DNA from: Patescibacteria group bacterium
GTDB taxonomy: Bacteria > Patescibacteriota > WWE3 > UBA101185 > UBA10185
Reading direction: 5' to 3'
Length of the DNA: 64,000 nt
NCBI GenBank assembly: GCA_018825365.1
Contig: JAHJEV010000003.1
Span: 108,670-172,669 of the forward strand
How positions within the stretch are numbered: position 1 is the first letter of the stretch; each line of letters opens with the position of its first letter. Shown piece by piece: positions 1 to 9,122 of the stretch. The translations under genes and the position numbers were made by a program. Under the pieces are notes generated by a model. The model did no database searches. It had not been told where the DNA came from and was given only the letters and a program-made list of their open reading frames with translations.

Positions 1-117
1 AGGTTTTCGAAAAAAAGAACAAAGTTTGGTACTATCTTTCGCTTGTAGCATTTTATGCCTTTTACGCAGGATACCTTGCTATTTGGACAAGGGGTATAAG
101 AATTACGGATGGAATTA

Positions 118-1308
118 TTAGCTTGTAAATAGTGTGATTTTAGGTTCCTGGGATATTATTTCCAATGCTGACCCGACTATATTTTTCATGTCGCATTTTT
201 TTATAGCTTTAAGTTCGTAAAGGTGGTTTTGGCTTTCGTTACCGTGAAGCAAAAGGTCTGAATAAAACTCGGCAATCTGGGAAGTTTTTTCAAATCTAAA
301 TTTGAAATCAGCAATAATTCTTTTTTTCACGTGTTCGATATTTCTGACGCTTGCGATTTTTTGGATGTTGTTTAATGCGGCAAAAACTACTTTTATGACT
401 TCTTGAACTTTTTCTTTTTCACAGGATAAGGAGATACTAAAAAGTCCATAGGTTCCTGTTGAAAAAGAATTACAGGATATACCATAAACGTACCCAAGCT
501 TTTCCCGAATTAGGTTTTTAAGAAAAGTATCCAATACCAAAGCTAGTATTGCTGATGAGTACTTCCTATCCTCGTTTGTTTTGTATCCGTAGAAGTCTAT
601 CTTAATGTAGTTTTGTTTAATTCCATTCATCTTTATTCTTTGGGTTTCCCTTTTTTCATTTCTTTTGTGTTTCACGTGGTCGGACCTTTTACCTTTCGGT
701 AAGCGACAAAAAAAGTTCTCAATGTAGGGGACGATGCTATTTTGACTAACATTCCCGCAAAGAACAAGAACAAAATTGTTTGGTGTGTAGCGTCTCTCCT
801 GAAAGAAATTTATGTTTTTAGTATTAAGTTCCCTGATGCTGTTTTCATAACCCGTGTTTTTTATAGACAGTCTGTCATTTGGGAACAAAATTTTATAAGA
901 CATTGAGTTAATAAGTCTTTCAGGTATATTTTGGGATCTTTTTATTTCCTGAATAACTACTTTTTTCTGAATCAATATGTCCTCACTTGAAAAGTCGTTT
1001 TTATCAAAAATGTGAAAAAGAAACTCAAGTCCATCCAAAACGTCTTCTTTTAGTACTTTGACCATGTACAAGACGTCATCTCTGCTTGTCACACCCAGAA
1101 TCTTCCCACCGTTTATAAGAATTTTATTTTTGTTTCCTTTAAGGAGGTTTAAATGCTCTAGCAAGTGAGCCGCGCCTATTTGACTTGCGTTTTCATAACT
1201 ACTTCCCGCAAAACCTTTTAGGTGGATAGTAACAGAATCTACATTTGCGCGAGGAATTACGCAAATCCTCAGCCCGTTTTTTAATTTCTTGATTTTAGGT
1301 ACACGCAT
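118..1308 (-). CDS. M16 family zinc peptidase (insulinase/pitrilysin-like)
   Basis: 396-aa ORF. Inverted zinc motif HxxEH (HLLEHL) lies near the N-terminus. Ends with TAA. Confidence 0.7.
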   Translation of the reverse strand: MRVPKIKKLKNGLRICVIPRANVDSVTIHLKGFAGSSYENASQIGAAHLLEHLNLLKGNKNKILINGGKILGVTSRDDVLYMVKVLKEDVLDGLEFLFHIFDKNDFSSEDILIQKKVVIQEIKRSQNIPERLINSMSYKILFPNDRLSIKNTGYENSIRELNTKNINFFQERRYTPNNFVLVLCGNVSQNSIVPYIENFFCRLPKGKRSDHVKHKRNEKRETQRIKMNGIKQNYIKIDFYGYKTNEDRKYSSAILALVLDTFLKNLIREKLGYVYGISCNSFSTGTYGLFSISLSCEKEKVQEVIKVVFAALNNIQKIASVRNIEHVKKRIIADFKFRFEKTSQIAEFYSDLLLHGNESQNHLYELKAIKKCDMKNIVGSALEIISQEPKITLFTS

Positions 1309-1361
1309 TTTTAACTAATATATTGACTTTAGCTTAGTCTGGATTTAATCTTAGTGTAATT

Positions 1362-1892
1362 ATGCTTCCCGAATATAAAAAATACATTAAATTTTTCACT
1401 GTTGCACTTTTCCTTGTTTTTACCTTTAAATCAACGTTTGCAGCTACTTTGACACTCACAAAAATTGGAGTTTTGGATCTTGGAGGCAAAACTTATAATG
1501 AATGGTGGTATACGGGAACCAACCCAACCTTTTACGGTACAGCCGCGAAAGATTCTACTGTTAGTTTAAAGATTGCAGAAACGACTTTTACGACGACAGC
1601 GGATGTCGCAGGTAATTGGTCTTACCTCGTTAGTATGGCAAAAGGAGACTATGCGATTGAGATTTCGTCAGGGACAGAGAAACTCTCTTTCACTTTGCAC
1701 CTCGGCCAAACAATGTCCGATTCTACTTCACAAACCAGTCCCTCAGCCCCCGGCACACTGTCCACAGGATTTAACCAATTTATTGGGGTAACATTCGGAA
1801 TCGGGGTAATACTACTGGCTACGTATTTATACTTTTCTACAGATAGCAAAAGAAAAACCATTTTTGAGAATAGGATGTTGAAGGAAGATTAA
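1362..1892 (+). CDS. hypothetical secreted/surface protein with C-terminal membrane anchor
   Basis: N-terminal signal-peptide-like hydrophobic segment, Thr/Ser-rich beta-rich body, and a C-terminal TM helix followed by basic residues. Confidence 0.45.
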   Translation: MLPEYKKYIKFFTVALFLVFTFKSTFAATLTLTKIGVLDLGGKTYNEWWYTGTNPTFYGTAAKDSTVSLKIAETTFTTTADVAGNWSYLVSMAKGDYAIEISSGTEKLSFTLHLGQTMSDSTSQTSPSAPGTLSTGFNQFIGVTFGIGVILLATYLYFSTDSKRKTIFENRMLKED

Positions 1893-2069
1893 ACCCCTCA
1901 CTCTATTTTGTAATTTTCAAAGCTAACTTGTGAAGTTCCTCATGTGTTGGAGTACAGCCTTCGGCATCTAAAACCATTTTCAAAGACTCGCCTTTCCTTA
2001 GCGGATAAAGTTTCAAGTGTAGATGATTAATTTCGATTCCTTCAAAAAGTGCGGAAACTCTTTCTATAA

Positions 2070-2300
2070 TTAGATTTTTTCTAACAGTATCGAAACCTTT
2101 TTGGCAGCACTTATTAGGTTGTGGACATCCCTATCCTCGTTATGAAAAACGTTCGAGCTTAAATGTTGTTTTGGTATTATTAAAGTCATCCCTTCTGTTG
2201 TGGGGTGTATATCTAAAAAAGCAAGAAAATCCCTGTCCTCCCAAATTTTTTCACATGGAATTTCTCCTTTTGCAATTCTACAAAAAATACAATTGTCCAT
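2070..2300 (-). CDS. HIT family hydrolase (N-terminal part; reading frame continues to about 1896 after a 1-nt shift)
   Basis: N-terminus CIFCRIAKGEIP...LIIPKQH is typical of HIT/Hint proteins. The revcomp of 1896-2147 in the adjacent frame encodes the missing C-terminus, including the histidine-triad-like INHLHLKLYP. Confidence 0.6.
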   Translation of the reverse strand: MDNCIFCRIAKGEIPCEKIWEDRDFLAFLDIHPTTEGMTLIIPKQHLSSNVFHNEDRDVHNLISAAKKVSILLEKI

Positions 2301-2496
2301 GACTAAATATTACCAAAAACTAAATAGGAATTCAGTGTCTTAATAGAGACGTTGAGGATTACAAAAAACTAGGATTACAAAAAGGGTTATTGTATTAGTA
2401 TCAATACCTCTAGGTAACAATTGTAGTTGAAATCGTCTTTACACCTGGTTTTTCTTTTCGCGCAACCCGCACAGGTTCTGTCTCACCTTTATGTTT

Positions 2497-3018
2497 TTAG
2501 TTCTTTGGCGATTCCTGGAATTGTATGTTGCTTGGAATTACGAACATTGAGTTATCAGCGGTCCAAGGTGTACACTCGGTTGCTGGAGTAGTTTCCGTTG
2601 AAGTAGCCTCTGGATCTGTTGTATTAGGTCGAATCGGCAAATCGGTAACTTTTATTTTTGTGCCCACATCTTCTCCTGTGGCCCATGAGTATATCCACTC
2701 ACCGTCAGAAATGTTGTTAAATTCCATCAGCACACCGTCAGGATTATGATTATTTGTAACTGTGTTAGATTTATCACCAGAGACATATGAAGTTCCTGAA
2801 AAAGTTCCATTTTCATCGGTCGCTGAGAAAATACACTTTTGGCCTTGGTCTGTGTTTGCAGTATTTGTTGGGTTAGTTATTACAGCCTCTTCTTTACCAG
2901 TAGTGGTTTTTGGCGTATTACTAGTTGTTGTAGTGAATTTTTTTACGAAACCAATTAACAAAATTGATGCAAATATTAAAGCCAAAAGAATTAATAAAAT
3001 TAAAAGCTTTTTTTTCAT
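2497..3018 (-). CDS. hypothetical secreted Thr-rich protein
   Basis: Lys-rich N-terminus, one TM/signal helix, a poly-Thr linker, then a globular C-terminal domain. Confidence 0.45.
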   Translation of the reverse strand: MKKKLLILLILLALIFASILLIGFVKKFTTTTSNTPKTTTGKEEAVITNPTNTANTDQGQKCIFSATDENGTFSGTSYVSGDKSNTVTNNHNPDGVLMEFNNISDGEWIYSWATGEDVGTKIKVTDLPIRPNTTDPEATSTETTPATECTPWTADNSMFVIPSNIQFQESPKN

Positions 3019-3073
3019 ATCTACCCCCCAATAATTAAAATACTACATGTGTTTAGATTATACATATTTTAGA

Positions 3074-3838
3074 TCAGTATGTCTGACGATTATTATTTTT
3101 ATTCTTATACATGTTTCGATCAGCCGTTGAGAGCATGAACCTCATTCCATTCTTATCGTTAGCTGTTGTGTAACCCATCGATACACTAAGTGGAATTTTG
3201 GATTTTTTATTTTGGCGAAGAACTTTATTATTAATAGTATCCATGATTCTAAGTGCTATTTTGTTGTCGGCTTTTGGAATTAAAATAACGAATTCATCTC
3301 CCCCCATTCTAGCCGCTACATCACTTTTTCTAATAGATTTTTTTATAATTTCCCCGGTATTTTTAATTACTTTATCACCCGCAACGTGTCCGTGTGTATC
3401 GTTAATCGTTTTTAACTTATCTATATCTAGGAAGATGACTGAAACGGGAGAGTCCCTTCCGTTTTTAAATCTTTCAAACTCAGTTTCAAGAAACCCTCTG
3501 TTATAAAGACCTGTCATGGAGTCGTGAGTTGCACGATAAGCGTAACCACTTTTATCAGATGTATCTCGCGCGAGTATTATGCAACCCTGTTCCATTTTAT
3601 TTAACGGCTTAATATTAAGGTTGTAGTATAAATAATCGTCTATGAAAGTAGTTTTTCCGGTGTTTAGCTTCCGAATGTTTTTAGGTGAGATAATTAAATC
3701 CTTAAATTTTTTGGGAAAGATGTCTGGAGATATTCTACTTGCGTTCTTATTGGAATATATCAGATCCCCGTTTCCATCATAAAATGCAAAGCCAAGGGGT
3801 AGTAATTCTAGGATTTTTTTATATTCTTTTATATTCAC
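3074..3838 (-). CDS. diguanylate cyclase (GGDEF domain) with N-terminal PAS-like sensor region
   Basis: Intact GGDEF motif (RMGGDEFVILI). An RxxD I-site (RKSD) lies 5 residues upstream. DxLTGLxNR-like motif (DSMTGLYNR). Confidence 0.8.
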   Translation of the reverse strand: MNIKEYKKILELLPLGFAFYDGNGDLIYSNKNASRISPDIFPKKFKDLIISPKNIRKLNTGKTTFIDDYLYYNLNIKPLNKMEQGCIILARDTSDKSGYAYRATHDSMTGLYNRGFLETEFERFKNGRDSPVSVIFLDIDKLKTINDTHGHVAGDKVIKNTGEIIKKSIRKSDVAARMGGDEFVILIPKADNKIALRIMDTINNKVLRQNKKSKIPLSVSMGYTTANDKNGMRFMLSTADRNMYKNKNNNRQTY

Positions 3839-4056
3839 TTTTCTATTATATCAATTGAGGTTACGCTGACAGGAGAAACCGGTTTTGACATCTCACCATT
3901 CCCACTATCTATAACTTCAGACTCTGCAATTTTATCCACAGTTTCCACCCCATTTATAACAGTTCCAAATATCACATAGTTTTTTGGCAGGTCCGTTCTG
4001 TCTTTTTGCATTATAAAAAACTGGCTTCCATTTGTGTTGGGGCCGGCATTTGCCAT
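3835..4056 (-). CDS. peptidyl-prolyl cis-trans isomerase, cyclophilin type (C-terminal part of a frameshifted gene)
   Basis: MANAGPNTNGSQFFI is the cyclophilin signature. It continues from 4100..4486 in another frame. Confidence 0.7.
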   Translation of the reverse strand: MANAGPNTNGSQFFIMQKDRTDLPKNYVIFGTVINGVETVDKIAESEVIDSGNGEMSKPVSPVSVTSIDIIEK

Positions 4057-4099
4057 CGCGACGGTTCCTTTGGTGTATTCTCCATCAAAAGGCTCGTCA

Positions 4100-4486
4100 T
4101 TAAATATGGTATCCCGGGCCGCCGCTTCCCGTTCCGGTTGGATCGCCGCCTTGTATCATGAAATCCTTTACGACTCTGTGAAATATAGTGTTGTCGTAAA
4201 ATCCCGATCTTGCAAGATAAATGAAGTTCGTAGCGGTTATCGTTGCGTCCAACGTATTAATTTGGATTGTTATATCACCGTAGGTGGTGTGTAGAACAGC
4301 TTTATAATCTTTTGTTATATCAACTTTAGTCTGTGGCGGTTGCACTTGATTTTTGTTTATAATGCTTGGTGCGATCTCAGTGACCTGTTTAGGCGCTGAG
4401 TTAAATGATTTGTCGCTACCAAAAATCACAACTACGATTATCAAAAGGGGAATCCCCGCAAGTATAGCAATTTGTTTTATATTCAT
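4100..4486 (-). CDS. peptidyl-prolyl cis-trans isomerase, cyclophilin type (N-terminal part of a frameshifted gene)
   Basis: N-terminal TM anchor, then a cyclophilin core ending GGPGYHI. Joins the ORF at 3835..4056 after a 1-nt frame change at a T-run near 4081-4083. Confidence 0.7.
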   Translation of the reverse strand: MNIKQIAILAGIPLLIIVVVIFGSDKSFNSAPKQVTEIAPSIINKNQVQPPQTKVDITKDYKAVLHTTYGDITIQINTLDATITATNFIYLARSGFYDNTIFHRVVKDFMIQGGDPTGTGSGGPGYHI

Positions 4487-4672
4487 AAACTATTCTCCTA
4501 ACTTTTATTTTAAAAATATTATAGTTTTCTTAAGTCCCGTTTCCAAGTCTACTGTAGATTCTCAAGATGATCCATTCAGTTACGACTATAGTTTTCATAT
4601 TGATATCTTACACGATTGTCGTAAACTTTTTAATTAGAAGCTTTAGTGAATCTCTGCTAATATTAAATAAGT

Positions 4673-5503
4673 ATGTATCTATCAATTGATTTAGGCAGAT
4701 CTACAACAAGGGTAGCCTCAACAACAGATCTTCAAAAGATCCATAAGATAGTTAAATTTCCAACCGACACAAACTTTGAAAAACAGGTAAAACATATAAC
4801 TACTGCCATATATGATGTTTCAGATAACGATCACATTCACTCTGTTGCCTTAGGTGTTCCCGGGATATTAGATAAAAATTCAAAGAAGTTTGTTTCAAGT
4901 GCAAACTACCCTGTTTTGGCGGGTCTTTCATTTAATTCACTTCTTCCGGATAGTTTAAGAAACGCAAAATTGATTGTAGAAAATGACGCATTGTTTGGTG
5001 GGCTTGGAGAAGCTTACTTTGGAGCCGGAGTGGAATTTAACACCCTTGCCTATTTGACTTTGAGTACCGGGGTTGGTGGAACAAGAATAGAAAAAAGCAA
5101 AGAAGGTAGTTACACATTTATCGAATCGGAGCCCGGACACCATATTATTTGTGAGACTGATAAGGTGGCTGATAAGACAGGGATATTTGGAACGTTTGAA
5201 TCTTTTTGCTCAGGTTCGTATTTTGAGATGAGATACGGTGAAAAACCTACAAATATTAAAAAAGATAAAGTGTGGGAGGGTTATGCCAAACATCTATCAA
5301 GCGGAATTATTAATATCATTTCTTTATGGAAACCACAGGTTATAGTTCTTGGAGGCGGGGTGTCCAACAACTTCGACTGCTTCTATCCATATTTGAAAGA
5401 ATACTTATCAAAGCAGACCTTTTTTACAATTCCAGATATTGTAAAGTCTCAACTTGGAGATGAGTCCGGGGTATATGGTGGGTTTGTTTTACTTCGGGAG
5501 TAA
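4673..5503 (+). CDS. ROK family sugar kinase / glucokinase-like (ASKHA fold)
   Basis: N-terminal DLGRSTTRV phosphate-1-like motif. ENDALFGGLGE and LSTGVGG are ROK-like glycine motifs. Confidence 0.55.
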   Translation: MYLSIDLGRSTTRVASTTDLQKIHKIVKFPTDTNFEKQVKHITTAIYDVSDNDHIHSVALGVPGILDKNSKKFVSSANYPVLAGLSFNSLLPDSLRNAKLIVENDALFGGLGEAYFGAGVEFNTLAYLTLSTGVGGTRIEKSKEGSYTFIESEPGHHIICETDKVADKTGIFGTFESFCSGSYFEMRYGEKPTNIKKDKVWEGYAKHLSSGIINIISLWKPQVIVLGGGVSNNFDCFYPYLKEYLSKQTFFTIPDIVKSQLGDESGVYGGFVLLRE

Positions 5504-5506
5504 AAA

Positions 5507-5938
5507 ATGAAATTTTGCATAATATATAAATATCAAACGACTAAAGATAAATCTCAGCTTGGAAAGGAGCTTGAGCAGCTCTCCTCTCTTATCTCTGACC
5601 TTGGCGACAACGAAACCTTTATATTTGACAGAGATGTAAAAAACTGGAGTGATGTTGACATACCGCGTGAGGAATCTTCTAAAATGATGTTTTCCAGAAT
5701 AAAGCAGTCTGATGGAGTTATTGCATATGTTAGCCACAACGAACCTAGCGAGGGCATGGCAATGGAATCCGGATATGCTAAAGCTTTAGGTAAAAAAATA
5801 ATATTGGCTTGCAAGAAAGGAAGTTCCGCACTAAGGGTTAGAAGTATCTGTGACGCTTATATTGAGTTTGAAGATATGGAGGATTTAAAAATCCAAATGT
5901 CAGATTACTTAAAAAGTGCCTTTGCCGTATCCCAATAA
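5507..5938 (+). CDS. nucleoside 2-deoxyribosyltransferase-like / DNPH1(Rcl)-like nucleotide hydrolase family protein
   Basis: The motif SEGMAMESGYAKALGKKIILAC matches the S-x-G-x-x-E-x-G-x-A-x-A-x-x-K signature of the NDT/DNPH1 family. A paralog is present at 55319..55735. Confidence 0.5.
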   Translation: MKFCIIYKYQTTKDKSQLGKELEQLSSLISDLGDNETFIFDRDVKNWSDVDIPREESSKMMFSRIKQSDGVIAYVSHNEPSEGMAMESGYAKALGKKIILACKKGSSALRVRSICDAYIEFEDMEDLKIQMSDYLKSAFAVSQ

Positions 5939-6984
5939 TAGGAATTTCCATTAAGTTTCTGAAAATACCACCATTCTGCTCCCCACAGATAGAGATTTTT
6001 AAAACCTGATTTCTGGGCGTAACTTATCGTAGATATGAAATCAGCACGGGACATGGTTTTATCCGTCTCGTTTTGTGAGAGTTGCGAGTTAATACCGGGT
6101 CCCCAAGGTTCCCCTTGGAGTTCAGTAATATAAATCTTATCGACTGGAACCCCAACTAGATTAGCCTTGATTTTATAGGTCCAGTAGCTAAGTGGGTATT
6201 GGAAATATATGAATCTGCCGCCAAAAATGTGCCAAAAGTCATACCAGATTTTTCTATACATCGATATCCCAAGGTAGTCTCCAAGTTCATAGGTAGGTTT
6301 CCAGAAACCACCCTCTCCGCTATCTTGAACAAGAATAGGTCTTTTATCCATGCTTCTTACCAACCCTATTTCTTTTATCACCAATTCCCTTTTGATTTCA
6401 GGTTTGCTGCATGTCCCAAAAGGCCAGAAAGGCTCGTTTTCCACCTGCCACATTTTTATTGATGAGAAGTCTTTAAATTCTTTTATGGTAGCTTTTATGT
6501 AGTTAAGCAAGGCTTGTTCTCTTAAGGCATCGCTTGGTAACTCCTTCCACCAAGATGGTTCGAAGCATTCCGGATATCTTGGTACTTTTCTTCCGATAGC
6601 TAAAATCACGTTTAGATTTCTTTTTTGTGCTTCCTGTATCTGCCATTTGATGTTTGAGAAGTCGTAAACATCCGGATTTTTCTCTATCTCATCCCAATAG
6701 GCTACTAACCTTACGTTTTTTGCCTCCAGATCATCAAGGATAGTTAGGTAGGTTTCTCTCCAATTAAGCCCCATCTGTTCGGAGTATCTGTTAGAAAAAG
6801 TGATCCCGTAATTAATTTCTTTTTGAACTTTAGGTCTTAGTGCAAAAAAAAGAATCACCGGGGAAATTAAAAGAAGAATCGAAAAAACTAGAATTATCTG
6901 GATTACCTTCAGGGAAAATAACCTACGAAGCAGACTCCCTGCTTTTTCAAATTGTCTTTTCAGGGCAGATTTGTGGGCAAACAT
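5905..6984 (-). CDS. glycoside hydrolase, clan GH-A (GH5-like), membrane-anchored
   Basis: N-terminal TM helix. The NEP acid/base motif (VENEPFWPFG) and an ITELQ nucleophile-like motif are typical of (beta/alpha)8 GH-A hydrolases. Confidence 0.5.
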   Translation of the reverse strand: MFAHKSALKRQFEKAGSLLRRLFSLKVIQIILVFSILLLISPVILFFALRPKVQKEINYGITFSNRYSEQMGLNWRETYLTILDDLEAKNVRLVAYWDEIEKNPDVYDFSNIKWQIQEAQKRNLNVILAIGRKVPRYPECFEPSWWKELPSDALREQALLNYIKATIKEFKDFSSIKMWQVENEPFWPFGTCSKPEIKRELVIKEIGLVRSMDKRPILVQDSGEGGFWKPTYELGDYLGISMYRKIWYDFWHIFGGRFIYFQYPLSYWTYKIKANLVGVPVDKIYITELQGEPWGPGINSQLSQNETDKTMSRADFISTISYAQKSGFKNLYLWGAEWWYFQKLNGNSYYWDTAKALFK

Positions 6985-6985
6985 T

Positions 6986-8167
6986 TTATTCTCCTAATGA
7001 ATTATTATGGCAGATTTCACCATAGTAATAAAAGGACTTTCTTGGCTTTCTGGCTAAAGTTTTTCTGTCTATTGCAACAAGACCAAATTTTGGCCAGTAA
7101 CCTTCATGCCATTCAAAATTATCAATTAACGACCAATAGAAATATCCTTCCAATTGAACTCCCATTTGCATGGATTCGTAACAAGCAATAAGCATAGCCT
7201 TAATAAATACTTTTCTAAGTTTATCCTCGGTATCTGCAAGACCGTTTTCTGTTATGTAAATCGGTACCTTATACCTTTTCATATGTAAAAGTACTTTCTT
7301 TAAACCTTCTGGGTTAATCCACCAATTTAAGTTACTTACCATACCCGCCGGATGTATAGGTTTTAAATTTTTAATTTGGTTAGTGAAGTAGTAGTTTAGG
7401 CCAATCACATCTACATGTTTTAAAATCGGATAGATAAAAAAGTCTGAGTTGAGGAAAAACAGGAACTTTGCCATAAGTCTGTCTAAAAAGAAAGGCCTTA
7501 CTTCAAAAGTTTCATACCAAACAATGTGTTTGACAATACCGACAGTGTAGTTTCCGACTGATTTTATTGCCTTCGCAGCTTCGTTATGAGCTTTCATCAA
7601 AATTAACTGGCATTTATAGGATAAAATAGGATTCACTTTATTAGGTGGCCATATACCAAGAAGGTAGCATATCATTGAGAGAACTTGAGGTTCATTGATT
7701 GTAAAAAATACATTTGTCAGTGGGCCTAACTCCTGGGCGCATTTTTTCGCGTACCTGGCAAAATACCACGGCGCCTTTAAATTTACCCAGCCACGTTTTT
7801 TTGCAAACCAGATTGGATTGGTAAAGTGATGAAGGGTTACATAAGTTTTTAAGCCTTTGTCTCGGGCTGCTTTCAGGACCTTCTTATAATGATCTAATTC
7901 TTTTTGATCAAACACTCCCTCCTTAGGTTCTATTCTTGCCCATTCCACGGAGAGTCTTATTCCATTGTTGTGCATTTGTTTTGCAAGTTCAAAGTCTTCT
8001 TCGTATCGGTTGTAGGAGTCACAGGCAAGTCCCGATGGTTCTAGGGGGTATTTTTGGCCGCGTTTTTTGTTGTGTTCCCACAACCACCAGTCGGTGTTAC
8101 TGTTGTTACCCTCAGTTTGATAGGCTGACACTGCTGTGCCCCAAATAAAGTCTGCTGGAAATTTCAT
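6986..8167 (-). CDS. GH1 beta-glucosidase
   Basis: GH1 signatures FTINEP (acid/base) and YITENG (nucleophile). The N-terminus FIWGTAVSAYQTEG is canonical for GH1. Confidence 0.85.
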   Translation of the reverse strand: MKFPADFIWGTAVSAYQTEGNNSNTDWWLWEHNKKRGQKYPLEPSGLACDSYNRYEEDFELAKQMHNNGIRLSVEWARIEPKEGVFDQKELDHYKKVLKAARDKGLKTYVTLHHFTNPIWFAKKRGWVNLKAPWYFARYAKKCAQELGPLTNVFFTINEPQVLSMICYLLGIWPPNKVNPILSYKCQLILMKAHNEAAKAIKSVGNYTVGIVKHIVWYETFEVRPFFLDRLMAKFLFFLNSDFFIYPILKHVDVIGLNYYFTNQIKNLKPIHPAGMVSNLNWWINPEGLKKVLLHMKRYKVPIYITENGLADTEDKLRKVFIKAMLIACYESMQMGVQLEGYFYWSLIDNFEWHEGYWPKFGLVAIDRKTLARKPRKSFYYYGEICHNNSLGE

Positions 8168-9018
8168 ATTTTATTTTGACTTCCAAAGATTTTTATTTTG
8201 TATTCAACAACTTTTTGCATTTCTTTGATCGGTTTTTGCATATATTTATAAGCAGCAATCTCTTTTGTGTTTTTAAGCTCTTCCTCAAGTGTCATTTTAA
8301 AAGTTATTCTTAACTCGGAATTTACGTTTATTTTCACAACCCCACATTTAATTGCCTCTTTTATATCATCTTCTATAATTCCCGACCCGCCGTGTAAAGA
8401 AAGGAAAGTATTTGGATTTTCCTTATGGATTTGTTTCAGAAGATCCAGATTGAGATGTTTGTTTTCCGAATATATCCCGTGAAGGTTTCCAACAAAGCTA
8501 GCAAACACATCTATGCCTGTTTTTTCTATAAACGCCTTAGCCTTGTCGGGATCTGTATATAGATTTTGGTCTACACTTGGTTTTTCACCCGTATGGTCCG
8601 CAGAACTCCCCTCGATACTGTCTATTTCCCCCTCAATAACCACCCCATTTTTGTGTGCATAGTCTGCAAGCTCTTTGCCTACTTTTACAGCCTCTTCAAA
8701 AGGAAGTTTTCCTCCGTCAAAATGTACGTAATCAAAGCCTGAGTCTATCGCCTGTTTAATCTTTTCTGGGTCAGTTCCATGATCAAGATTCAAAATTATA
8801 GGGATGTGAAGTTGTTTCTCAAAAGTTCTTGCTAATGAGACCATTTGAGAAACACCAATGTGTTCAATTTCACCCGGAGAACATTCAATAAGTATCGGTG
8901 AGTGAAGATTTTTTGCGGCATTTGTAATTGCCTTTAGAGTTTCAATATTTGCACAATTAAAAGCGCCAATTGCAAATTTCTCTTTTCGTGCTTTTTCAAG
9001 ATATTTTAATGCGTTCAT
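8164..9018 (-). CDS. fba: class II fructose-bisphosphate aldolase
   Basis: The N-terminus ...EKFAIGAFNCANIE... and the NLDHG, HFDGG and SLHGGSG motifs are typical of class II FBA/tagatose-bisphosphate aldolase. Confidence 0.8.
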   Translation of the reverse strand: MNALKYLEKARKEKFAIGAFNCANIETLKAITNAAKNLHSPILIECSPGEIEHIGVSQMVSLARTFEKQLHIPIILNLDHGTDPEKIKQAIDSGFDYVHFDGGKLPFEEAVKVGKELADYAHKNGVVIEGEIDSIEGSSADHTGEKPSVDQNLYTDPDKAKAFIEKTGIDVFASFVGNLHGIYSENKHLNLDLLKQIHKENPNTFLSLHGGSGIIEDDIKEAIKCGVVKINVNSELRITFKMTLEEELKNTKEIAAYKYMQKPIKEMQKVVEYKIKIFGSQNKI

Positions 9019-9122
9019 TTTAGGCAGCTTTCAAAAACTCTTCTTATATATATTCTATAGATACTGAGTGTGTTTTCAAACGACTTTGATTAGAAGACTC
9101 AAAACACTTATAATTTGACGAT

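Noticed and set aside
2070-4486. Programmed ribosomal frameshifting as an explanation for the HIT and cyclophilin splits.
   Set aside because: Neither site has a slippery heptamer with a downstream structure. Both are plain homopolymer indels, so sequencing error or pseudogenisation is the simpler explanation.
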